Origin: a virus | Length of the DNA: 64,000 bases | Virus record (IMG/VR): IMGVR_UViG_3300031951_006582 | Location: 1 to 64,000 of that record | Direction: 5' to 3' (one strand) | Shown here: positions 31,123 to 41,100 of the stretch, piece after piece | Layout: each line of letters opens with the position of its first letter | How positions within the stretch are numbered: position 1 is the first letter of the stretch | Notes under the pieces: model-generated | Database searches by the model: none | What the model saw: the letters and a program-made list of their open reading frames with translations, nothing else | What the model was told of the DNA's origin: nothing | Translations under genes and position numbers: made by a program

Positions 31123-31491
31123 ATGGCAAATCAAGCACATAAAACAAGACATAAATTTAAAAAGCTTATTCCACTCAAGGACACAATTCTTGTTCATGGG
31201 ATGGAATTTAAAGAGCGTCTTAGTCGCGGAGGTCTTATTCTCCTAGACGATGACATGAAAAGTCAAGGCATTCGGCCCAGATGGGCACAGGTCTATGCAG
31301 TTGGGCCGGATGTTACTGATGTTAAAGTAGGCGATTATATTATGATAGCACACGGTCGCTGGTCACGTGGTCAAGCAATTGAAGACGAAACTGGCGAGAA
31401 AGTAATCCGTAAAGTAGACCCTAATGATATTTTATTAATAAGTGATGAACCAGTACAAGATTATACAATGAGTGATAAAATTATTGCGTAA
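31123..31491 (+). CDS. groES: GroES/Cpn10-like co-chaperonin
   Basis: LIPLKDTILV, SRGGLIL mobile loop, VYAVGPD, VKVGDYI. Confidence 0.8.
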   Translation: MANQAHKTRHKFKKLIPLKDTILVHGMEFKERLSRGGLILLDDDMKSQGIRPRWAQVYAVGPDVTDVKVGDYIMIAHGRWSRGQAIEDETGEKVIRKVDPNDILLISDEPVQDYTMSDKIIA

Positions 31492-31493
31492 GT

Positions 31494-31553
31494 GGATTGG
31501 GAAGTGAGAAACATTTCTAAGAGGCTCGTGTGGCGAGAATCACTTCCCAATCT
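31494..31553 (+). other. Structured intergenic element (13-bp stem closing a multiloop)
   Basis: GATTGGGAAGTGA (31495-31507) / TCACTTCCCAATC (31540-31552). Confidence 0.5.
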
Positions 31554-31576
31554 GATTAACATTTAAGTGTGAGAAT

Positions 31577-31759
31577 ATGACAAACAAAACCATCAAAGAC
31601 TATGCACCCTATATCGCTGCATTTGCTGCCTTAGGCGCAGCCGCTGCTGCTGCTACTTTTGCATATGTAAAAACTTCAAAATCCCTTAAGGAATTGGAAG
31701 ATATTGATCTTGACTTTGGCAATGATTCCGTGTTATCTTCTGTTTTTAAGAAGGACTAA
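31577..31759 (+). CDS. Small single-TM protein
   Basis: YIAAFAALGAAAAAATFAYV helix. Confidence 0.6.
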   Translation: MTNKTIKDYAPYIAAFAALGAAAAAATFAYVKTSKSLKELEDIDLDFGNDSVLSSVFKKD

Positions 31760-31762
31760 TCT

Positions 31763-32686
31763 GTGAAGAATCAATTGTGGGTTGAGAAGTACCGCCCTAA
31801 TACGGTGAGTGATTATGTATTCGTTGACGAAAATCAGAAACAAATTGTACAACGCTGGATTTCTGATGAGTCCATTCCTCATCTACTGCTTTCAGGCGAT
31901 CCAGGCACAGGCAAAACGACTCTTGCAAAAGTTCTCATCAACGAACTAGGCATTGAAGAATTTGACGTTCTTGAAATCAATGCGTCTCGTGAGAACGGCA
32001 TTGATGCATTGCGTGAACGTATCAATGGCTTTGTTCAAACGATGCCTTTTGGTAAGTTCAAGATCGTTCTACTAGACGAAGCTGACTATCTTACTCAGCC
32101 TGCACAGGCAGCACTTCGTAACGATATGGAAGCGTATCATCAAACAGTGCGCTACATTCTGACTTGTAATTATCAGCACAAGATTATACCTGCGTTGAAG
32201 TCACGTTGTCAAGAATTTCATATCGCAAAGCCCGATATCACTGAATACACAACTCGTGCAGCTACAGTGCTGATTACAGAGGGCATTGACTTTGACCTTG
32301 ATGACCTTGATACTTATGTTCGTGGTTGCTATCCCGATCTTCGCAAGTGTCTTAATCAGCTACAGCAGAACAGCGTTGATGGCAAGCTTAATAAGCCACA
32401 GTCAACTGGCAGCGGCGAAGATGAACTATTGATTGCTGCAACTGATTTGTTCAAGAGCGGTAAGATTCTTGAAGGTCGTCAACAGTTGATGCAGTATATC
32501 AGTCTGTATCCAACTCGTATTGAAGATTGCTATCGTTGGATGTATGACAATCTTGATTTGTGGGGCAATACTAATGAGCGTAAGGATGCAGCAATCATTA
32601 CGATTCGCAATGGTCTTGCTAATCTGCCGCTTGTTGGCATCCCTGAGATTAGTCTTGCGGCAACACTCGTAGAATTAACAGCCTAA
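31763..32686 (+). CDS. Clamp loader AAA+ subunit (RFC small / T4 gp44-like)
   Basis: LWVEKYRP, GDPGTGKTT, EINASRENG, LLDEAD, ALKSRC, PDLRK. Confidence 0.92.
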   Translation: MKNQLWVEKYRPNTVSDYVFVDENQKQIVQRWISDESIPHLLLSGDPGTGKTTLAKVLINELGIEEFDVLEINASRENGIDALRERINGFVQTMPFGKFKIVLLDEADYLTQPAQAALRNDMEAYHQTVRYILTCNYQHKIIPALKSRCQEFHIAKPDITEYTTRAATVLITEGIDFDLDDLDTYVRGCYPDLRKCLNQLQQNSVDGKLNKPQSTGSGEDELLIAATDLFKSGKILEGRQQLMQYISLYPTRIEDCYRWMYDNLDLWGNTNERKDAAIITIRNGLANLPLVGIPEISLAATLVELTA

Positions 32687-32697
32687 GGAGAATATAA

Positions 32698-33117
32698 ATG
32701 GCTAAATGGAACCTAATGCCGAAATACAAGAAAAGTATTCAAGAAATTGAATTTTGGACAAAAGACGGTAAAGTAATTCAGTATAGTGTTTGGTGGCGCG
32801 GCGGTAACGTCATTCTCAATACCGCTACTGACGAAGCACCTGAAATTGATTTAGAGAATGCCGATGATGACGGGTTGGATGTGTATTCCCTTGCTGACGG
32901 TGAAAATATTCTAGACGTAGAAATGGATAGCTTCTGGGACGGCGACAGTACTGAATGGTTAGCTGTCTCTCCCGATGTAACAGAAGAAGAACTACAGGAA
33001 GTTATTGATGCTTGGGAAGAAGAATGGAGCGAAGGCGTAGAAAATCTTGGCTGGGAACTTGATGACAGCGAAGTATATTTCCACGGCGAGTTAGAGATTG
33101 AAAAGGTAGAAGAATGA
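32698..33117 (+). CDS. Highly acidic hypothetical protein
   Basis: D/E- and W-rich, AAGGAG RBS. Confidence 0.7.
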   Translation: MAKWNLMPKYKKSIQEIEFWTKDGKVIQYSVWWRGGNVILNTATDEAPEIDLENADDDGLDVYSLADGENILDVEMDSFWDGDSTEWLAVSPDVTEEELQEVIDAWEEEWSEGVENLGWELDDSEVYFHGELEIEKVEE

Positions 33118-33416
33118 GATACCTATTAATTTCGTATCTTAGAAAAGTTAACGGACAGATTGATGAAATGGTCAATGTGTCTAAGCGTGTTCGTACCAGT
33201 GATATGAATAATGCCAATGTTATTCTTGATTTTGCTGAAGGAAAAATAGTAAAGTGCGTGATTGAAGGCAGAAATCACGACACTACATTTGAACAAATGC
33301 GTGACTATTACTTTAAGGTATATCCTCAACTTGTACAACAGCTAGAAAAGGAAGCACCTATTACTGCTGATCAAGAAAAGAAGGCAAGTAAGATTAAAGT
33401 AAAAACGGGGCGCTAA
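33114..33416 (+). CDS. Hypothetical protein
   Basis: ATGA overlap with upstream gene. Confidence 0.65.
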   Translation: MRYLLISYLRKVNGQIDEMVNVSKRVRTSDMNNANVILDFAEGKIVKCVIEGRNHDTTFEQMRDYYFKVYPQLVQQLEKEAPITADQEKKASKIKVKTGR

Positions 33417-33427
33417 GGCCCCGTTTT
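33402..33427. terminator. Bidirectional terminator between convergent genes
   Basis: AAAACGGGGC-gctaag-GCCCCGTTTT. Confidence 0.8.
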
Positions 33428-33429
33428 CA

Positions 33430-34200
33430 TTATGAGTACATATTTAAAATATGTTCAATAATCTTGTGTCTTCTAATGTCTCTTGTGTCAAACTCACAAG
33501 CAGCCATTCCAGGAACACGATGTTCTAGAATCTTAGATTTCAAATCTAACAATCCATTGTCTAAAGTTTTTCTGTCGGTTTGCTCAACGTCGCCAGTAAT
33601 AACAATCTTACTGCCCTCACCAATTCTTGTCATTAGCATTTTCATCTGACTAGGCGTTGCATTCTGGGCTTCGTCCAGAATGATCCAACTATGTTTGAAA
33701 TTGCGGCCTCTACAGAAGGCCAGGGGCGCAATTTCAATAATCTGCTCACTGATCATATACTCTAGTTCTTTGGTTGAATAATATTCTCTCAACACATCAA
33801 AAAGAGGTCTGACCCACGGTTCCATTTTTTGATTTAAGTCTCCAGGCAAAAACCCGTGCTTTTCATCATCAACTGCCACTGCTGGTCTTGTAAGTAATAT
33901 TTTATCACAATCACCTCTCCTCATTGCTTGGATTGCCGCTAGCATTGCTAGGTATGTTTTACCGGTTCCCGCAGGACCACTCACTACGACTATATCTATG
34001 TTAGGATCTGTCAAATTGACTATGTATTTTTCCTGATTTACCGATTGAGGTATTAGTTCGATAGGTCTTGTGGCCCTTTTGGGTTGGGTTTGGTTGAAAT
34101 CAATTGTTTTTGATTCATTAGCGTAAGTATGCTCATATTGAGGTTTCTTACTATAACGTGTGTCTTTCTGTCTTAGTGCGCTTGTTTTTCTTTTGCTCAC
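33430..34200 (-). CDS. phoH: PhoH-like ATPase
   Basis: GPAGTGKTYLA, LTRPAV, GFLPGDL, PLAFCRGR, LDEAQN, MTRIG, TGDVEQ. Confidence 0.95.
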   Translation of the reverse strand: MSKRKTSALRQKDTRYSKKPQYEHTYANESKTIDFNQTQPKRATRPIELIPQSVNQEKYIVNLTDPNIDIVVVSGPAGTGKTYLAMLAAIQAMRRGDCDKILLTRPAVAVDDEKHGFLPGDLNQKMEPWVRPLFDVLREYYSTKELEYMISEQIIEIAPLAFCRGRNFKHSWIILDEAQNATPSQMKMLMTRIGEGSKIVITGDVEQTDRKTLDNGLLDLKSKILEHRVPGMAACEFDTRDIRRHKIIEHILNMYS

Positions 34201-34378
34201 ATATTTCTCCTAATCTGTGCTTTTGACACTTGAGAACTTTTGCTCTCAAAAGTACTTAGAATAAGGATATGAGTAAACTATCAGCAAGTAAAAAAATCTT
34301 TCCTGTGATAAATACTTACTCAGTTCGCTGTGAAACAGACGATTCTTGTATTCTGCTTCCGGAAAGATAAATAGTTCT

Positions 34379-34972
34379 ATGAAAACTTCACCAGCAGATA
34401 AGTTCTTTAATGATATTGATTTCGTTAGCATTGTTGACACCATCAAGGGCGTCTACATGAGCGATGGCGCTATGTCTACCCTATTAGATTTTGAGCGTGT
34501 AATGGATGAGGCAGATGTATATGCTTTCAAGAATTGGATAGTCGGCGAACTCGTTGATGGTCCAGTTGTAGGTAGATACAACTGCAAGTGCATCTTTATG
34601 TGGCCGTATAAGTTGATGCCTAATCCGAAAGGTGCGCTGAGACTAACTAATATCGGATGCAAAGTCACATATGGTAAAGGCGAAATCAAAGTTCCCGTTG
34701 AAGTCAAAGACTATGAAGATTTTGTTCCCGGAACCAGATATCCTAAGATGGCAAAAAGAAAAGTTTGGTTCGTTGAAGTAGTTATTCCGTTTGAGTTAAT
34801 GGACGATATCAAAGAAGGTTCTATTGACCTTGCTGACCAAACTATTGACCTCTCAGAGATTGAAGATGCTTATGATGAAGATTTGGATACTGCAATGTCA
34901 GAAGAAGATACTGTAGAAACCCAAGCTGATGAAGCGCAGGCAGCAGCGCCACTGGGACAGGGAATGATGTAA
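34379..34972 (+). CDS. Hypothetical late protein
   Basis: Start MKTSPAD 5 nt after TAAATA (34368-34373). Confidence 0.65.
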   Translation: MKTSPADKFFNDIDFVSIVDTIKGVYMSDGAMSTLLDFERVMDEADVYAFKNWIVGELVDGPVVGRYNCKCIFMWPYKLMPNPKGALRLTNIGCKVTYGKGEIKVPVEVKDYEDFVPGTRYPKMAKRKVWFVEVVIPFELMDDIKEGSIDLADQTIDLSEIEDAYDEDLDTAMSEEDTVETQADEAQAAAPLGQGMM

Positions 34973-34973
34973 T

Positions 34974-35528
34974 ATGGCACTAGATTACATGGACCTTGAA
35001 GGGCAAATCAAAGACAAAATTACAATTGATGAATATGCTGCTAAGATGGGCAAGGACAGTGATATCGTAACTGTCACATTCACTACAAATAGTAAACTCG
35101 CTGCAAAGGATTTAGTTACTTGGTTTGAGCGCGGATATGATTTCGTGTTAGATGCAAGCGTTAGCGATGGGGAAATTGAACCGGGTAAGTGGTTGGTATT
35201 CATTGAAATGGACCGTAGATCAAAGGTTCCTAATCGTATCGTCACTCTACTACAAGACTTAGAAACACTCACTGGTATTGAGCTGGATGATTGGACAGTT
35301 GAAATAGACGGTGAAGAGTATGAAGCCAGTGAAGAAACAATGAAGGAAAAAATGATTCTAAATCCTAATGAATACGAGTCTGCAAAGGGTTCTGAGGATG
35401 AAGATGAAGAAACCGAAGAAACCGAAGGCGAACTAAATGAAATGCGTCTTCGTGCCGGACTAGACGTAAAAACAACTTATGTCGAAGATGAGTATATCAA
35501 AAACCTAAAAGCAATAGCAGGAATGTAA
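34974..35528 (+). CDS. Hypothetical acidic protein, probably head-associated
   Basis: ELNE then RLRAGL and C-terminal LKAIAGM motifs. Confidence 0.6.
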   Translation: MALDYMDLEGQIKDKITIDEYAAKMGKDSDIVTVTFTTNSKLAAKDLVTWFERGYDFVLDASVSDGEIEPGKWLVFIEMDRRSKVPNRIVTLLQDLETLTGIELDDWTVEIDGEEYEASEETMKEKMILNPNEYESAKGSEDEDEETEETEGELNEMRLRAGLDVKTTYVEDEYIKNLKAIAGM

Positions 35529-35529
35529 A

Positions 35530-35826
35530 ATGACTGAGGTGTTGGTTAGAAACACTAATGAACACTGGATCAACAGCAAATGGCGCCCGTCAATGGGTTG
35601 GATGTATTTGGCTGTATGTATTTTTGACTTCATTCTATTCCCTATATTATGGTCTGTCTTGCAAGCTGCAACTAACGGTAGCGTAACGACTCCCTGGCAA
35701 CCAATTACATTACAAGGCGCAGGCTTATTCCACGTTGCTATGGGTACTGTGTTGGGTATTGCTGCATACGGTAGAACCAAAGAAAAGGTTGAGGGTGTAG
35801 CTAATTCTTCAACCGAAGTTCAGTAA
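35530..35826 (+). CDS. Putative holin (GTA 3TM holin-like)
   Basis: SKWRPSMGWMY, TM helices, LGIAAYGRTKEK. Confidence 0.65.
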   Translation: MTEVLVRNTNEHWINSKWRPSMGWMYLAVCIFDFILFPILWSVLQAATNGSVTTPWQPITLQGAGLFHVAMGTVLGIAAYGRTKEKVEGVANSSTEVQ

Positions 35827-35834
35827 AATAAAAC

Positions 35835-35863
35835 TTGACATTTGATGCAGAGAATGCTATATA
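35835..35863 (+). promoter_or_regulatory. Sigma70-type promoter, leaderless dnaJ mRNA
   Basis: TTGACA-17-TATATA, ATG 6 nt later. Confidence 0.65.
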
Positions 35864-35869
35864 TTAAGA

Positions 35870-36676
35870 ATGGATCATTATAGCACGTTAGGCGTATCCC
35901 GTGACGCCAGCCAAGAAGAAATCAAAAAAGCTTATCGCAAACTTGCGATGACTCATCATCCTGATAAGGGCGGCAACCCAGTAGAATTTCAAAAGCTTAA
36001 TGACGCATACGAAGTCCTGAGCAACCCCGATAAGAAACTTCAATACGACAATCCTTCCGTACGCTCTAATAACCCGTTCGGCGGCGGATTCCAGTTTGAC
36101 CAGAATCATTTTGATCTAGGCGATATATTCAATCAGATATTCGGTGGTGCCCGCGGACCTGGTGCCGGGTTTAATCAGAAACAAATATTTAGAACCCAAG
36201 TATCAATCTCACTATTAGACGCTTACGTTGGAAAAGAACATGCCTTTCAGCTTTCTACTCCTACCGGAGTAAAGGTAATCAATGTTAAAGTTCCATTAGG
36301 AATTAATAACGGCGACCAAGTTAGATACGAAAATGTCATTGACAACGGCACACTTATAATCGGATTTCACATCCTACCTGACTTGAGATTTGATAGAAAC
36401 GGGGATGATTTATATTGCAATTTGCCTATATCTGTGCTAGATTTAATAGTCGGTACTAAAGTAAAATTCAACACTATCTCAGGAAAAACTATTGAAGTTA
36501 CTATTCCCCCAAACACGCAACCGTCACAACACATTAGATTGCCTGGCATGGGAATGCCTGTAAAGAATGCAGCCAATGTATATGGTGACCAAATACTATT
36601 GCTAAAACCTTTCTTACCTGATAATATCCATAGTGATGTTATTGAAAGCATACAGCGTACCCAAGTAAATAATTAA
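35870..36676 (+). CDS. dnaJ: DnaJ-class chaperone (class II / CbpA-like)
   Basis: J-domain with HPD, G/F region, C-terminal domain, no Zn finger. Confidence 0.92.
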   Translation: MDHYSTLGVSRDASQEEIKKAYRKLAMTHHPDKGGNPVEFQKLNDAYEVLSNPDKKLQYDNPSVRSNNPFGGGFQFDQNHFDLGDIFNQIFGGARGPGAGFNQKQIFRTQVSISLLDAYVGKEHAFQLSTPTGVKVINVKVPLGINNGDQVRYENVIDNGTLIIGFHILPDLRFDRNGDDLYCNLPISVLDLIVGTKVKFNTISGKTIEVTIPPNTQPSQHIRLPGMGMPVKNAANVYGDQILLLKPFLPDNIHSDVIESIQRTQVNN

Positions 36677-36689
36677 AAAGGAAAACACA

Positions 36690-38957
36690 TTGCAGTCTTC
36701 ACCTGAAATTGAAAATATTGTAGCACGTTCAATTGAATCTGCTAAGAAGTATCAACACGAATATGTTACTATTGAACATCTTCTTTTGGCTTTGGTTACC
36801 CATGCGCCTTTCAAGAAGTGTCTCAACGGGTTCAACGTAGATACTGAAATGATGACTCAAGAGATTGAACAGTATCTTACTAGTCTGCAATCAATCGTAT
36901 CCACTGATCCTAATATGCAGCCCAAGCGAACCAATGCGCTTGAGCGTGTGATGAATCGTTCTGTGACGCAGGTGTTGTTCACTGGTCGTAGGCAAGTATC
37001 TACTATTGATCTTTACATGAGCATCGTTAGTGAGAACAACAGCCACGCACATTATTTTCTTCTAAAGTATGGTGTATCTAAGGCTGAGTTTCTAAATCAT
37101 TGGCAGCGTCACTATAAGGGTGAAGACGGTATTTCTGCCATCACTGATACGCAAGCAGAAGAAATTCTTGAAGAATACACGATTAATCTTACTGCACTTG
37201 CTCGTCAGGAAAAGCTTGAGCCTGTGATTGGCCGCAGCAAGGAAATTGATGATATCGTTAATGTCCTCGCAAAGCGTTTCAAGAGCAACGTATTGATGGT
37301 CGGTGACCCCGGCGTTGGTAAAACTGCAATCGCAGAAGGTATTGCTAACGCTATTGTCAATAAGGAAGTCCCTGACTTCTTGCTTGACCATGAACTTTAT
37401 AGCCTTGAAGTTGGTTCGCTACTTGCTGGTTCACGCTATCGCGGCGACTTTGAAGAAAAGGTCAAGCAGGTTCTTGAAGCACTTAACGTAAAGAAGAAGT
37501 CTATTCTCTTTATTGACGAAGCCCACACTATGCAGGGCGCAGGTGGCTCTACGAGCGGTAGCGTTGACTTCTCTAACATGATTAAGCCCGCTATCACTAA
37601 GGGTACGCTGAAGGTCATCGCAAGCACGACTTGGGAAGAGTTCTACGAAAGCTTTGAGAAGGACCGTGCGTTGATGCGCCGCTTCTATCGTATCAGCATT
37701 GATGAGCCTAGCAAGGATTCTACTGTTCGCATTCTTAGCGGTCTTGCTTCTCGTTTGAATGACTTCCACGAAGTTAACATTAGTCAGGAAGCTGTTGATA
37801 CTGCTGTTGAATTGGCAGAACGCTATATCCATGATCGTAAGAATCCTGACAAGAGCATTGACTTGCTTGATGCAGCCTGTGCTAAGCAGCGTGTTCTTAT
37901 GAACAAGGATGCAATCATCACTAAGGAACTTATCTATGAACAGGTAGAAAAGTTCACAGGTGTCCCCGCTGATAAGTTGAGTGGTGATAATATGGATCGT
38001 ATTCAGAATCTTGAAATGAACGTAAAGAACAAGCTTTATGGTCAAGACGAAGTTGTTGATAAGGTTCTTGAGCGTGTCTATGTCAGCTTCGCAGGTATCG
38101 GAAACGATACGAAGCCGACAGCAAGCTTCTTGTTCTTGGGCCCAACTGGTACGGGTAAAACAGAATTGGCTAAGCTGCTGTCCAAGAATTTGGATATGCC
38201 GCTTCTCAAGTACGACATGTCGGAGTACGGTGAGAAGCACAGCGTAAGCAGCTTGATCGGTCCGCCCCCGGGCTACGTAGGTTTTGGTGACTCGCAGGTG
38301 CAGGGCGGTCGTCTAATTTCAGACTTGAGCAAGAACCCTCATTCAATCCTGCTGTTTGACGAAGTTGAAAAGGCTCACCCCGATATTTTCAACATCTTCT
38401 TGCAGATGTTGGATGAGGGAACTGTCACTGGTAGTAACGGTAAGCAGGTGTCTATGAAGAACACTCTTATCATTTTGACAAGTAACCTCGGCAGTGCTGA
38501 TAACGAACGCAACAACATTGGCTTCGGTGATCTTGAAAAGAGTGGCGAAGACGATAAGGCATTGAAGCAGTTCTTCAAGCCAGAGTTCCGCAATCGTCTT
38601 GATATGGTTTGCAAGTTCAACAAGCTTGACACGCTTTCAATCAAGAAGATTGTTGTCAAGTTCATTGAAGACTTGAAGAAGCCGCTTCTTGAAAAGCACA
38701 ACATTAATCTTAACCTAAGCGAATCGGTAGTTGAATATCTTGCTGAACAGGGCTACGATAGTAAGATGGGCGCTCGTCCTCTTGCACGTAAGATTGATGA
38801 GTTGGTTCGTGTTCCTCTTTCAAAGAAGATTTTGTTTGAGAGCATCAAGAATGCTAATGTAATGGCAGTGATGAAAGATGATGCGATAGAGTTTGAAATC
38901 ACTGCCAAGCAGAACGCAAGGATTGGTAGTGATGGCATCATTGAAATTGAAGGTTGA
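36690..38957 (+). CDS. clpA: ClpA-type Hsp100 ATPase
   Basis: Clp-N domain, two AAA+ modules (GDPGVGKT, GPTGTGKT), IGF ClpP-binding loop, GARPL. Confidence 0.92.
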   Translation: MQSSPEIENIVARSIESAKKYQHEYVTIEHLLLALVTHAPFKKCLNGFNVDTEMMTQEIEQYLTSLQSIVSTDPNMQPKRTNALERVMNRSVTQVLFTGRRQVSTIDLYMSIVSENNSHAHYFLLKYGVSKAEFLNHWQRHYKGEDGISAITDTQAEEILEEYTINLTALARQEKLEPVIGRSKEIDDIVNVLAKRFKSNVLMVGDPGVGKTAIAEGIANAIVNKEVPDFLLDHELYSLEVGSLLAGSRYRGDFEEKVKQVLEALNVKKKSILFIDEAHTMQGAGGSTSGSVDFSNMIKPAITKGTLKVIASTTWEEFYESFEKDRALMRRFYRISIDEPSKDSTVRILSGLASRLNDFHEVNISQEAVDTAVELAERYIHDRKNPDKSIDLLDAACAKQRVLMNKDAIITKELIYEQVEKFTGVPADKLSGDNMDRIQNLEMNVKNKLYGQDEVVDKVLERVYVSFAGIGNDTKPTASFLFLGPTGTGKTELAKLLSKNLDMPLLKYDMSEYGEKHSVSSLIGPPPGYVGFGDSQVQGGRLISDLSKNPHSILLFDEVEKAHPDIFNIFLQMLDEGTVTGSNGKQVSMKNTLIILTSNLGSADNERNNIGFGDLEKSGEDDKALKQFFKPEFRNRLDMVCKFNKLDTLSIKKIVVKFIEDLKKPLLEKHNINLNLSESVVEYLAEQGYDSKMGARPLARKIDELVRVPLSKKILFESIKNANVMAVMKDDAIEFEITAKQNARIGSDGIIEIEG

Positions 38958-39600
38958 GCAGCGAGAAAAATTATATTACAATAGTTACATGTATAGAGCA
39001 GTATGCCACGTTCCGGGTGCATACCACACCGATAAGGCAAAAACTATAGACAAGTATAGGGATTATCTTGAGAAATTTCACACTGAAATGCTTAGATATC
39101 CCTTATACACGCCTCTAGTTATGACGGATGCCGATTACGATAATATTGAAATATTAATTAACTACATTAACAACTTTAAAAAGAACGACAAGGGAACTAT
39201 TCGTAGAGAAGGCAATAACATAACTTTCTTTAGTAATGATTTGCCCTTACTAAAAAAAGCCCTTAGCATTGATGTACCGGTGAAAATATATCAAGCAGAA
39301 TTGCTACCTGCTGGAGTAAAGTATTTCAAGCGCAAAGTTCCCGCGCCTTTTAGAGTACATTTAAAAGAAGCTAAGATTAATAGTGAAATAAAGGACGATA
39401 TCCTGTCCTATATTGAAAGAACCGACGGTGTAGAAGGTTCATCTGCGTTAATGATTTGGCTAACCAGACCGCATAGATGGGCGCATTCTTGGTGCAGTAA
39501 AACATTTTTCATCAATTATACTGATAGCAGTCAGCTAACGATGATGCATTTATTTTTTCCAGAAGTTATTGGGAAGAACTATAAACTAGAACAGAAGTGA
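38932..39600 (+). CDS. Hypothetical protein
   Basis: Likely start MASLKLKV overlapping clpA end. Confidence 0.6.
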   Translation: MASLKLKVEQREKLYYNSYMYRAVCHVPGAYHTDKAKTIDKYRDYLEKFHTEMLRYPLYTPLVMTDADYDNIEILINYINNFKKNDKGTIRREGNNITFFSNDLPLLKKALSIDVPVKIYQAELLPAGVKYFKRKVPAPFRVHLKEAKINSEIKDDILSYIERTDGVEGSSALMIWLTRPHRWAHSWCSKTFFINYTDSSQLTMMHLFFPEVIGKNYKLEQK

Positions 39601-39633
39601 TAAATACTCTATATATTTTGGAGTTTTATCATG
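39598..39633 (+). promoter_or_regulatory. Late promoter inside RBS-sequestering hairpin
   Basis: TGATAAATACTC pairs with GAGT-TTTATCA covering GGAG and the A of ATG. Confidence 0.55.
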
Positions 39634-39795
39634 GCAAAAATGATTGAAGAGGTCATCGTTATCAAGCTCGCCAAGCTTGTAAAAGACAGTGACCCAACTA
39701 ATGCAATTATTGCAGAAGATGCACAGATTGCATTAGAACAAGTAGCTCAAGAACTAGCAGGTGACGGGGTCTTAGTAGAGGTTGAGAAAGCTTAA
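39631..39795 (+). CDS. Small hypothetical protein (54 aa)
   Basis: MAKMIEEVIVIKLAKLVKD...VLVEVEKA; GGAG RBS, TAATG coupling. Confidence 0.7.
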   Translation: MAKMIEEVIVIKLAKLVKDSDPTNAIIAEDAQIALEQVAQELAGDGVLVEVEKA

Positions 39796-40148
39796 TGTCT
39801 CAAGTTACTACTCTGATCCTTTTGCCACAAACAGCATACGTCAATCCAGGTAATGGTGCACCATACACTGTGACAGGCAACGCACAGCCCGCTGCTGCAT
39901 ATTACTTGGGTAATCAGGATTTACAAACAGTAAACTTTAGCACAGTAAATGTGACAGGTAACATTGTTATTGAAGCTACACTAGCAGCCAACAGTGATAA
40001 CGCTGATTGGTTTAAAGTGTATGAGTTTGAGGCGACTGCAAGCAACACCAGCATGTACACAAATATTGATGGCAACTTTGTTTACGTTAGAGCAAAGATA
40101 GAAGATTTTAGTCAAGGTACAGTTAATTTTGTTAAGGTAAGTTACTAA
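39795..40148 (+). CDS. Hypothetical beta-rich structural protein
   Basis: GNIVIEATL, DWFKV, GNFVYVRA. Confidence 0.6.
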   Translation: MSQVTTLILLPQTAYVNPGNGAPYTVTGNAQPAAAYYLGNQDLQTVNFSTVNVTGNIVIEATLAANSDNADWFKVYEFEATASNTSMYTNIDGNFVYVRAKIEDFSQGTVNFVKVSY

Positions 40149-40149
40149 T

Positions 40150-41043
40150 ATGAGTATGGTTGTCATTATGCCCGGTGGCTTTCACCCATTTCACGCAGGA
40201 CACGCTTCATTGTATCAAAGTGCATTGAAGGCATTTCCTAACGCAGATGTTTATGTCGCTGCAACTAATGACACCAAGACTCGTCCCTTTCCCTTTGAGA
40301 TTAAAGAGAAGCTAGCCAAAGTTGCTGGCGTACAAGACGGTCGCTTTGTACAAGTTACAAGTCCTTTCCAAGCTAAAGAAATACTACAGAACTACAATCC
40401 AGAAGAAGACGTAGTAGTATTTGTACGTAGTGAAAAGGATCGTGATCAGCAACCTAAGCCAGGTGGCACAAAGAAAGATGGTAGCCCTGCATACTTCCAA
40501 CCATACACCGGTGAAGATATGGAACCATTTGGTAAGCACGGGTATATGGCATACTTGCCTACAGTAGAGTTCGGCCCTGGAATCAAATCTGCAACTGAGA
40601 TTCGTAACATTTGGCCTCAACTAAATGATCGTCGCAAACTTGCTATGGTCATGAGCTTGTATCCTAAGGCCCAAGAGAACGAGAGATTAGCACAGAATAT
40701 TGTTAAGATGCTTGATTTAGGTATGGGTACTGAGGAAGTTACTGAGACAATTATAAATGAGCGTCCGGGTGATGTTTACTCAGCAAGACAGGCTGAAATC
40801 ATTGAAGACTTAGGAAATGGTTATTTCTTGGGCGATGATACTTATCAAGACGATGAAGGCTTCTACAAAGAAGGTTACACTGTCTATAAGAAAGAAGGCG
40901 TTGACCAATATAGAATGGTTGACACTGTAGATATGAGCCCCTATAAAAATCCTCCTGGACATATTGAAAGCGAAATCAAAAAGATTATTGCTTCCGATAA
41001 AAATAATCTATCCGAAAACGCAGATTATCTAGACGAAAAATAA
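40150..41043 (+). CDS. Cytidylyltransferase-like (HIGH) nucleotidyltransferase with C-terminal module
   Basis: MPGGFHPFHAGH, PFPFEIK, SATEIR; extra module after EVTETIINE. Confidence 0.75.
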   Translation: MSMVVIMPGGFHPFHAGHASLYQSALKAFPNADVYVAATNDTKTRPFPFEIKEKLAKVAGVQDGRFVQVTSPFQAKEILQNYNPEEDVVVFVRSEKDRDQQPKPGGTKKDGSPAYFQPYTGEDMEPFGKHGYMAYLPTVEFGPGIKSATEIRNIWPQLNDRRKLAMVMSLYPKAQENERLAQNIVKMLDLGMGTEEVTETIINERPGDVYSARQAEIIEDLGNGYFLGDDTYQDDEGFYKEGYTVYKKEGVDQYRMVDTVDMSPYKNPPGHIESEIKKIIASDKNNLSENADYLDEK

Positions 41044-41100
41044 TTCCACTACTAGTTCCTCTTGTAAATATCTATACAAGTTTACAAGAAAGAGGACTTT

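Noticed and set aside
31494-31556. Hammerhead ribozyme or tRNA
   Set aside because: No CUGAUGA/GAAA core on either strand and no cloverleaf with T-loop
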